Positions 56,545 through 64,000 of a DNA stretch of 64,000 bases are shown one piece after another. The stretch is from the IMG/VR virus record IMGVR_UViG_3300036985_006490, positions 32,001-96,000 of that record; one strand, given 5' to 3'. The notes under the pieces were generated by a model. It ran no database searches. It was not told the DNA's origin and worked only from the letters and a program-made list of their open reading frames with translations. The position numbers and the translations under genes were made by a program. Positions within the stretch are counted from its first letter, which is position 1. Every line of letters starts with the position of its first letter. Source of the DNA: a virus.

Positions 56545-58922
56545 TGTGAGACTTTTGAAATGTTGTCAGTTTTTGTAATCTTAACTTTATTATCCGCAAA
56601 GTTGGATATGAGTTCATTATGAGATATCAAGAATATTTTTTCAAAATAATCTTTCAATTTTTTAAAAAACTCACCTATAAGCTCCATATTGTCATTAGAA
56701 ATCTTACCCCACGTTTCATCGTAGACGGATATATTTGGTTTTGGAAGTGAACATACTTTAGCAAGTACCGCTCTGATTGCCAACGCTCCGACTGTCTTCT
56801 CATATCCTGAACCTGCGGTCATTGGTTTTTCAATCCCTGTTCCGTTGTCAATCATGATGAAGTCAACCTCGTTCTTGTCATTGATACGAATCTCCAAGTT
56901 AAAGAAACATGAATCCTGAAGTAATCTCTGAAGCTCAGAGTTTATTAAAGGTAACATAGTTCTCATAATTATTTTCGATATCCCATTCTTACCATAGACT
57001 TCTACATAGATTTTGTAAATCTTCTCTCTTTCGAACTCTTCGGCAATTTTCGAGATAAGGTCTTTATTCTTTTCGATTCTTGATTCAATAGTTTCAATAC
57101 GAGTTGAGTTTGTATTTTGAACCTTCTCATACCCCCTCTTCTCATTAATCAATTCGTCAATACGTAATCCCGCCTTTAACAACTGAGCATCAATCTCATT
57201 GTTCTTCTTGATTTTGTCTTGGACTTCCTCATATCTTTTGAGTTTATCTTTGACTTGTTCCAATTTGAGTTGAGTGGATTCTAAAGATAACTCATATTTT
57301 TCTTTTATGAGTTTGTTTCTTTCATATTCATCAAAGTCTTTCTTGAGTTGTGTAAAGGATTGTTCTTTCTTTTCGTACCCATCAATTTCTTCTTTGAAGT
57401 CCTGAACAAGTCTTTTGAATGAATCGAGTTGTTTAATTTTCTCGTTGGTTAATTTAGCTTCCATCAATTTGATACCACAATGGTCACATTGAATTCCGTC
57501 ACCATACTTTTCGATAAGGTCTTGAATTTCCTCAACTTTATTCTCGCAAGTAACAAGTTCAGCGAATCTTGATTTGATAACCTCTTTTACGTTATCATGT
57601 TTGTCCTCATGATAAAATTCTTTGGGCTCAACTATCTTAATACTCTTGATGTCCTGTTCGGTCTTTTGTCTCGAGTCCTCTAAGTTGCTTATTGAAGATT
57701 GTAATAACAATGGATTTAAGACAATAAGTTCTCTGTCCAAATCAGTAAATTTAGATTTCAACAAATTATCTTTATAGTCTTGTCCTTTCTGAAGTCTTTT
57801 ATCGACATCTGAGATGTTTTTGGACATCTCGATAATCTCATCCTTCATTTCAACAATCTCCTCACCAGAGGTCTCATTATCCTGTTTAAGAGACTCTGTG
57901 TTATACACATTAGAAATCATTCCTTTGGAGAACTCTGAATAAAGTTCTTTACCAGTCTCCTCCTTTTTCTTAAGGAATTCTAACCCCAAGAATCGAGTCA
58001 ATACCTGTCCACGAGCAGTTGGTTTTGCGTCCAACAAGTCCTCAAGATTGGATGCAGTTGTAACAATGGTCATCAAAAAGTCTTCCATACTTCCGATGGA
58101 TTTCTTCATGAAGTTTTCTGTCTCACGTCTTTGTTCGCCAGTGAAGTTTTGAAGTTGACCATCAGCAAGTTTCTTAAAGAACTCAAGTTCGGTCTTAATG
58201 TTCCATTCACCCGCCTTAGACTTCTTTCTTTCAATCTGACGAACAATCACATAATCTTCACCATCAATGGTGATGTCACCCTTAACACTAACTTTGTTTA
58301 CATCAGTAAACCTGTTGAAGATTTCTTCAGCCTTTTGAGTTTTGGTTGTTGTGTTGAAGAACAAAAACAATAAAAGGTCAACGGTTAATACCGTCTTCCC
58401 TCCAAAGTTTGGTGGATCTGATTCAACTACCGTAATTCCGTTACACTTGTCAAAATCAATTACTTGATTCTGTCCATAAGATAAGAAGTTATCGAACTCA
58501 ATTTTTTTGATATACCATCTTTTGAATGGAGTGATTTCAACTTCGTTTGCCAACATTCTGTTTTCAACCGCAAGGTCGATGTTCATTAGTTGGTCGAAAT
58601 ATTGTTCTTGACCTTTGGATTCCAAATAGGTTTTTACCAACTCTGTTTGATAATTCTTATCCATGATGTTCACTGAAACATCAATGGTCTGCATGGAATC
58701 TTCATCCGATGTCTTCACTTTGGTGATTACATTAATGTTTGTTGAAGAATACTTTTTTATAAAGTACTGCTTCACAGACTTAATTCTTTCCTGAGTAAAG
58801 TTTTCGGGTGTGTCTTCCCAAATTACCTGAATGTAAGGATTTTCTAATGTAGATGTATCTAAATTAGTTGGCATATTTGAATAGTTGTAAGTTGGATATG
58901 GATTGAATAAATCCCATTTCAT
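56541..58922 (-). CDS. SbcC/Rad50-like recombination ATPase (gp46-like)
   Basis: NFLSYG, NFGGKT, coiled coil with CDHCG zinc hook, SGYEK, YDE, ISHN; start uncertain. Confidence 0.9.
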   Translation of the reverse strand: MKWDLFNPYPTYNYSNMPTNLDTSTLENPYIQVIWEDTPENFTQERIKSVKQYFIKKYSSTNINVITKVKTSDEDSMQTIDVSVNIMDKNYQTELVKTYLESKGQEQYFDQLMNIDLAVENRMLANEVEITPFKRWYIKKIEFDNFLSYGQNQVIDFDKCNGITVVESDPPNFGGKTVLTVDLLLFLFFNTTTKTQKAEEIFNRFTDVNKVSVKGDITIDGEDYVIVRQIERKKSKAGEWNIKTELEFFKKLADGQLQNFTGEQRRETENFMKKSIGSMEDFLMTIVTTASNLEDLLDAKPTARGQVLTRFLGLEFLKKKEETGKELYSEFSKGMISNVYNTESLKQDNETSGEEIVEMKDEIIEMSKNISDVDKRLQKGQDYKDNLLKSKFTDLDRELIVLNPLLLQSSISNLEDSRQKTEQDIKSIKIVEPKEFYHEDKHDNVKEVIKSRFAELVTCENKVEEIQDLIEKYGDGIQCDHCGIKLMEAKLTNEKIKQLDSFKRLVQDFKEEIDGYEKKEQSFTQLKKDFDEYERNKLIKEKYELSLESTQLKLEQVKDKLKRYEEVQDKIKKNNEIDAQLLKAGLRIDELINEKRGYEKVQNTNSTRIETIESRIEKNKDLISKIAEEFEREKIYKIYVEVYGKNGISKIIMRTMLPLINSELQRLLQDSCFFNLEIRINDKNEVDFIMIDNGTGIEKPMTAGSGYEKTVGALAIRAVLAKVCSLPKPNISVYDETWGKISNDNMELIGEFFKKLKDYFEKIFLISHNELISNFADNKVKITKTDNISKVSQ

Positions 58923-59018
58923 TTTATTGGTTTGTTTCAGAAGTTCTGTTTTGTTCTGCAATTTTAAATCCTACCCAAATATCTTTGAGGAATTGTTTAA
59001 CTTTATTTAATATACTTT

Positions 59019-60356
59019 TCATTTTAAATTATTTAATTGGGGAAATGTTAATAGTAAGTTTTTATTTCTTCTAATGTCATATTGTGTGTAAAAAGATTTA
59101 AAATTATTCAATCCTTCTTCTTTATTAATACCATATTTTTCAATATCTATTTCTCTTAAATAACTAACTAAACGCAACATATCATTTTTCTCCCACTCCA
59201 TAAAATAGTTCTTTCCTCCGTTCCAATTCTTAATAACCCAATTCTCAATATCATCAGACATTTTAAATCTCATTGATTGTGGTAAAACTAAAACAGATTG
59301 AAATGATGGATGTCTTAAAATATTAAAAGAACAACCTGGCGATATCCTATTGTATTTATTTTTTAATTCTAACATCTTATCCATAAACTCTAACAATGAA
59401 AATAAACATAGTGCATTTATTGTCATCATCATTGAAATAGAAAATGTTTTTCCGTTTTTAAAAAAGTTTTCCAAATTTCTTAACCATTTATCCCAAATTA
59501 ATCCATCTCTAATGTATTCAGCATGTGAACCAAAACTTTCATTAGATGTATATAAATTAAAATTATTAAAATGATGTGTGGATTCAATTAATTTATTTGT
59601 TATAGTTTCACTTTGCCCTAAATTAGAATTCATTGCAAAATTGATATTTGGTTTATTTATTACCCACCAATCAATTAAATCCCAAAAATGTTTTGTTGTT
59701 GTTGGTTCTCCTCCAGTTATCCTAAATTCTTGTAATGAATATTGTAATTCACTTTCCCACCATTTCCAAAATGAACTTAAATATATATCCTTAATCTCCG
59801 ATTCACCAAACTTCATCATTGAATTATTATCGTGGTCTCCATTTATTTTATAAATTCCATTTTCTTTCACGTCTTTTTGCCATGTTGTTGAAAATGTTGG
59901 ATTACAATATGAACAAGCAAAATTGCAATTACTATCAAATGAAATTTCTAATGTTTTTAATGGAACATTTGATTCCCATCCAAATTCTTTTTTACATTTA
60001 TCAATCTCTTCATCAGTGTATATTGCAGTTTTATAAACTCTATCAGAAATATTATCAGATGAAATATTTTCTATATTCCAACAATACTCACATTCTTTAC
60101 ATTTAATTCCCTCCAACATTTCTTTTCTTCTAAGTTTTTTAAAGTTGGTATTATGAAGTGCCGATGGGTTATTTATAAGCTCTTCTTCAGGTATTATATG
60201 ATTAGCTGGGTGATGGCACGATGATGTTTTTCCTTCATTTAACCAAATAGTTGCGTTGTACCATTTTGCAGCACAAAAAGAAGTTGACACAGGGTCATTT
60301 ACTCTTTTTTTATATTCTAAAAAACTTTCATCTTCTTTTTTATTAAAATTTGCCAT
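59019..60356 (-). CDS. radical SAM protein with N-terminal twitch/SPASM-like domain
   Basis: CNFACSYC, ITGGEP; N-terminal FCAAKW..SSCHH..CEYCW. Confidence 0.85.
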   Translation of the reverse strand: MANFNKKEDESFLEYKKRVNDPVSTSFCAAKWYNATIWLNEGKTSSCHHPANHIIPEEELINNPSALHNTNFKKLRRKEMLEGIKCKECEYCWNIENISSDNISDRVYKTAIYTDEEIDKCKKEFGWESNVPLKTLEISFDSNCNFACSYCNPTFSTTWQKDVKENGIYKINGDHDNNSMMKFGESEIKDIYLSSFWKWWESELQYSLQEFRITGGEPTTTKHFWDLIDWWVINKPNINFAMNSNLGQSETITNKLIESTHHFNNFNLYTSNESFGSHAEYIRDGLIWDKWLRNLENFFKNGKTFSISMMMTINALCLFSLLEFMDKMLELKNKYNRISPGCSFNILRHPSFQSVLVLPQSMRFKMSDDIENWVIKNWNGGKNYFMEWEKNDMLRLVSYLREIDIEKYGINKEEGLNNFKSFYTQYDIRRNKNLLLTFPQLNNLK

Positions 60357-60483
60357 TATTACTTTTAAAGAATGTTAATGATTACCTGTATATAAGGATT
60401 TTCCAAAATAGATACATCTATATTATTTGGCATATTTGTGTAGTTGTAAATCGGATATGGATTAAACAAATCCCATTTCATTT

Positions 60484-60672
60484 TTATTGTTGTGAATCAG
60501 AAATTCCGTCTTGTTCAGATTCTTGTTTTTTCTTGAATTCTTCCATTTGAAGTTTCATAGTCTCAGAAAATAATTTCTGAATAGTAGATTGTTGTGTCTT
60601 AATATTTTGGTTTCTGTTTTCAACCCTTTTTCTGTGTGCTTTAGCTCCACCTCTTACTTTAGATTTTCCCAT
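60484..60672 (-). CDS. small basic hypothetical protein
   Basis: ORF. Confidence 0.6.
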   Translation of the reverse strand: MGKSKVRGGAKAHRKRVENRNQNIKTQQSTIQKLFSETMKLQMEEFKKKQESEQDGISDSQQ

Positions 60673-60688
60673 TTTTTTGTTGTTTAAT

Positions 60689-61039
60689 TTATTCTGATTT
60701 TGGTCGGTTTACTTCAAACCATTCTACGATTGCATTTATTGCCCATACGGCTCCTGAGGCAAACATTCCATCAAAAAACCAAGAGTACCATAATGATTCC
60801 CCAATGATTATATTCCAAGGAGAATATACAAAAATTCCAATAAAGAATCCAACCCAAGTTGATGTACACATCATACATCTTAGCATATCCGATAAGAATA
60901 TCCAAAAATCTTGGAAAATTGAGTCAACATCTGCCGCCCATCTGTTTATTGCATTTCTTGGTCTATTGAAAATACTACCATAAACGAGGATGTTGCTCAT
61001 ACCATAAGCCATTATCATCCATATTAATATTTGTACCAT
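60689..61039 (-). CDS. DUF1360-like membrane protein
   Basis: LRCMMCTSTWVG within TM helices. Confidence 0.6.
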   Translation of the reverse strand: MVQILIWMIMAYGMSNILVYGSIFNRPRNAINRWAADVDSIFQDFWIFLSDMLRCMMCTSTWVGFFIGIFVYSPWNIIIGESLWYSWFFDGMFASGAVWAINAIVEWFEVNRPKSE

Positions 61040-61049
61040 AATTTTTTAA

Positions 61050-61778
61050 TTATAAAATTTTTTTTTTAATTTTTTTCACGTTGTAAGAATTTTCGTCTAT
61101 ATCCAAGTTTAATTTTTTTGCAAAGTATTTGAATAATTCTAAATTTCCAAAAGCCCCCAAATGCCCATCTATATATCTACCTTCACTTTCCTTGGTGATA
61201 GATGAAAAATTGTAATTATCAAAATCCAATAATTCAATCGAGTCAATTTTTTCAGCAACTTCACCTCTCCATGTTACACATAATGGTTCATATTTTTTGA
61301 AAAAAGAAGGAAAAATGTTAATAAATTTTTTTTCAAAATGATAATCCATGTCACTCATCCAATATTCATATTTTTCAACATATTGTTGTTTGAATAAGTT
61401 CAAATATTTCTTAGCTAAAACCATTTCAGGTAATGGACTTCCACTTGCAAACGTATATCTTCTATTTCCATGTGTCCATGTATATCTTTCAGATCCAGTA
61501 AAAATTATTATGATACGGTCACCTTCAGCATATTCCGGTAGATTACTTAGTTGCCAAATAATTTCTTGATTTGAAACCCCTCCTAACGCGTAAGAAACAA
61601 CTTCAAAAAAAGTTTCCATGTAATCAATCCAGTGACCAAAATTATCATAGTAGTTCACGTAGGACTCGACATGATTTAATCCAAAAAACGGTTTGGTTAT
61701 AGAATAAAATTCATTAGGTTTTTTTGTAAAATAATTGAAACCCCAACTGTCTCCGAATACAAATAACCTATTTTTCAC
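61050..61778 (-). CDS. SGNH-hydrolase-like protein
   Basis: FGDSW, GVSN, DGH. Confidence 0.6.
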   Translation of the reverse strand: MKNRLFVFGDSWGFNYFTKKPNEFYSITKPFFGLNHVESYVNYYDNFGHWIDYMETFFEVVSYALGGVSNQEIIWQLSNLPEYAEGDRIIIIFTGSERYTWTHGNRRYTFASGSPLPEMVLAKKYLNLFKQQYVEKYEYWMSDMDYHFEKKFINIFPSFFKKYEPLCVTWRGEVAEKIDSIELLDFDNYNFSSITKESEGRYIDGHLGAFGNLELFKYFAKKLNLDIDENSYNVKKIKKKIL

Positions 61779-61784
61779 AATGTA

Positions 61785-62552
61785 TCATTTATAAAGTTTA
61801 TCATCTAAGTTCGAACCTCTCAGGAACATTGCCTTCTTTTCTTCTTGAAATTTTTGGATATCTTGAATAGTTTGTTCGTACTCTCTAATTTTTTTATCTT
61901 TTTCGATGTTATCTTGTTTGAGTTTTTGAACTGTTGATTGAAGTGCCTCTAACTTTGGTTTCAAACTACTGTCACCTTCCTTCTCAATAACTATCTCTTT
62001 AATCACTTCAACTTCTCGAATAATCTCTTTGACTTCAGGTCCCTTTGTTTCGAGTTGTTGTATTTTCAACAACAATTCCTTTTTCTCATTGTGGAAATTA
62101 TTTTCCAATTCTTGTGTTTTAGTGGAAAATATTTGTCTTTGTTCTTCGAATTCTTGTTCTTTTTGAAAAATTTTTGAGTTCATTTCCTCTTGGTCCGTGA
62201 CATATACAATCTTCTCCACAGAGACTTCTTTGATAACCTCAACAACCTTTTCTACAATTCTATCAACAGTAACCTCTTTGATTACTTCAATTGGTTTTTC
62301 AACTTCAACGTATTCAATCTTCACCACTTCCTTAATAACCTCCACAGGAATCTCCACCCGTTTTTCAACAATAACCTCCTTTTCCACCTGTTTTTCACGG
62401 ATCCCACCCGTATTTAACAGACCATACCTCTCAATGTTGAATCCTTCAAGGTAAGACTTCTTAATGACTTCACTAATTCTTAAGTCATTAAGATTACAAT
62501 AAGATATGAGATCTTTGTTCTCGGTGGAAGAAATGTTAAGTTTGTATTCCAT
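61785..62552 (-). CDS. protein with (V/I)EK(V/I)/EVIKEV repeats and coiled coil
   Basis: low-complexity V/I-E-K repeat tract. Confidence 0.7.
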   Translation of the reverse strand: MEYKLNISSTENKDLISYCNLNDLRISEVIKKSYLEGFNIERYGLLNTGGIREKQVEKEVIVEKRVEIPVEVIKEVVKIEYVEVEKPIEVIKEVTVDRIVEKVVEVIKEVSVEKIVYVTDQEEMNSKIFQKEQEFEEQRQIFSTKTQELENNFHNEKKELLLKIQQLETKGPEVKEIIREVEVIKEIVIEKEGDSSLKPKLEALQSTVQKLKQDNIEKDKKIREYEQTIQDIQKFQEEKKAMFLRGSNLDDKLYK

Positions 62553-63332
62553 TTAGTAGTTTACAAGTTTCTCGGTTCCGTCGACCAAGTTGTCTATGGA
62601 GTTTATGTAAAATGATAGGAAAGGTTTTGGGTTCGGAAGGTCAACAAAGTCATACTGGTCTTTCTCAATGTCATAAACACCATAACCATGTTTTGTTACT
62701 CTCTCCCCAAAATTCTGTTGGATAGTTGACCCAACCATATACGCTTTTTTTCCACCAGGTATGTCGAACACTTGTCTCTTATGGATGTCACCACAAAGTA
62801 CCAAGTCACACCCCTTGAACTTACTAACATCAAATCCATCCTCGAACTTATATCCAATATCGGTATAAAGACCAGTGACAGGTCCGTGAAATAAACCAAT
62901 GTTCTTGTTCTTGGACTTCTGAATATCAGGTTGAATGTTGTGTTCCATCAAAGAATACACACACCAATTAATATTCTCATCCTCATACACCCCACGGTTC
63001 TTATAATAAACTATGTTATCATTCTTCAAGGAATCGATAATCGGAGTCAGAGCATCCAAACGAGTATTGTTATTCTCAAGGAAGTCGTGGTTACCAATAA
63101 TTACAATAGTCTTTGTAATTTTTGCACACTCAGTCAATATCCAAGCAACAAACTCCACCAACTCTGGTGTCATCTGATTTTTGGAATGTACCAAATCTCC
63201 AGTGAAAACTATTCTATCAGGTTGTAATGTTTTCCATTCTTTCAACGCAGACTCAAGGATTCCACGATATAAATCATGGTCCTTGAATAGTCTTACGTGT
63301 AAGTCAGAAAAATGAACTAATCTGTTAATCAT
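62553..63332 (-). CDS. SbcD/Mre11-like nuclease (gp47-like)
   Basis: SDLH, GDLVH, GNHD, FHG, GDIHKRQ, GSTIQQNFGE. Confidence 0.9.
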   Translation of the reverse strand: MINRLVHFSDLHVRLFKDHDLYRGILESALKEWKTLQPDRIVFTGDLVHSKNQMTPELVEFVAWILTECAKITKTIVIIGNHDFLENNNTRLDALTPIIDSLKNDNIVYYKNRGVYEDENINWCVYSLMEHNIQPDIQKSKNKNIGLFHGPVTGLYTDIGYKFEDGFDVSKFKGCDLVLCGDIHKRQVFDIPGGKKAYMVGSTIQQNFGERVTKHGYGVYDIEKDQYDFVDLPNPKPFLSFYINSIDNLVDGTEKLVNY

Positions 63333-63561
63333 TAATTATTACTTTCGGTTCGTCTTCGAAGGGATTGAACCCTTTGTTTATGTGTCCACAAGAATCACAC
63401 TTGTAGATTGGAAATGGTACAGTTGTGTCTTCGGATGAACCAGTCATCAACTTTGGAACTAACTTCAGGTAAGTAACTTCTCTGAAATAAACTCCTCCAC
63501 AATTATCGCACTTGATTGTCGGTACGTCTCTTAAATTAATTTTAGGTTTTTCTAACTCCAT
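63325..63561 (-). CDS. zinc-ribbon protein
   Basis: CDNC...CDSCGH. Confidence 0.7.
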   Translation of the reverse strand: MELEKPKINLRDVPTIKCDNCGGVYFREVTYLKLVPKLMTGSSEDTTVPFPIYKCDSCGHINKGFNPFEDEPKVIIND

Positions 63562-64000
63562 ATTTTGTATTGCTTAATGTTTCTATAAATGATTCTACTT
63601 TTGTTTGTGCCTTATTAATATAAGATAAATCCCCACCTTCATCAAGTCTAGACAAGTGTAACTCGAACTTTGTAAAATCAAGTTTACTGATTGTATTGAC
63701 AAATGCGTTGACGAAATCTCTACTCAGTTTACACTCTCTAGTTTTAATAAAGTGATATCTAAAGGTTGTGAAGATTTGAAATAACTTTTCAAGTTCCCAT
63801 TCACTAGCAATTAAGTGACTCTCATGAGCATACTTATCCTTCACATCATATATCTTAATACTTTCGTTCAACCCTCCTTGAGCAAACTCAAGGTACAAAG
63901 CAACTTTCCTGTAGTTCTCAGTCTTCGTTTCTGTTTTATCAATCAGATATGCAAGAAATCCGTCTCGAGTGTAGTTCTTAAAAATTGATTCGTTGTTTTT
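63542..64000 (-). CDS. hypothetical protein, 3' part (frame open to window end)
   Basis: frame continues upstream of 63898 without a stop (KNNESIFKNYTRDG...). Confidence 0.6.
   Translation of the reverse strand, partial: KNNESIFKNYTRDGFLAYLIDKTETKTENYRKVALYLEFAQGGLNESIKIYDVKDKYAHESHLIASEWELEKLFQIFTTFRYHFIKTRECKLSRDFVNAFVNTISKLDFTKFELHLSRLDEGGDLSYINKAQTKVESFIETLSNTKYGVRKT

Noticed and set aside
61785-62552. EVIKEV tract as a DNA tandem repeat or mobile element
   Set aside because: Repeat is at the protein level with degenerate codons
1603-63227. Many 60-160 aa ORFs antisense to or nested in longer genes (e.g. 1603, 7422, 15908, 37787, 47349)
   Set aside because: Shadow frames of better-supported genes
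1-64000. Stop-codon reassignment
   Set aside because: Conserved genes are full length in the standard code, and TAA, TAG and TGA all end genes

Overview
An AT-rich, gene-dense 64-kb segment, mostly coded on the minus strand, that reads as part of a large lytic or plasmid-like phage genome (jumbo-phage style). The host is probably Bacteroidota: TAnnTTTG promoter elements, a short Bacteroidota-type RpoD sigma factor and an Hc1-like protein are present. No capsid, terminase or polymerase gene is recognisable in this window. Recognisable genes: SbcC/SbcD (gp46/47-like), sigma-70, three DNA methyltransferases, a TaqI-family restriction endonuclease, amidase plus a probable lysis cassette, DnaJ, thioredoxin, glutaredoxin, NUDIX, DHH, SpeD, CysC with a HIGH nucleotidyltransferase, a sulfotransferase-like protein, glycosyltransferase- and SGNH-like genes, radical SAM, and an initiator-type tRNA-Met. 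The most striking non-coding feature is 2.2-4.4 kb. It packs six perfect DnaA boxes, a dif-like XerC/D site, MraZ-type 10-bp-period GTGG repeats, a G-quadruplex-like run, palindromic operators and tandem-GA hairpins, i.e. a cluster of host-chromosome cis-elements. Other notable items: a repeated terminator + TATTTAT promoter module separating single-gene cassettes, many proteins sharing an N-terminal (I/L)xE-rich tag, a GH7-like lipoprotein, a Bpt/ATE1-like transferase and a degenerate MetK-like protein. All family calls come from motif recognition by eye, not database searches.
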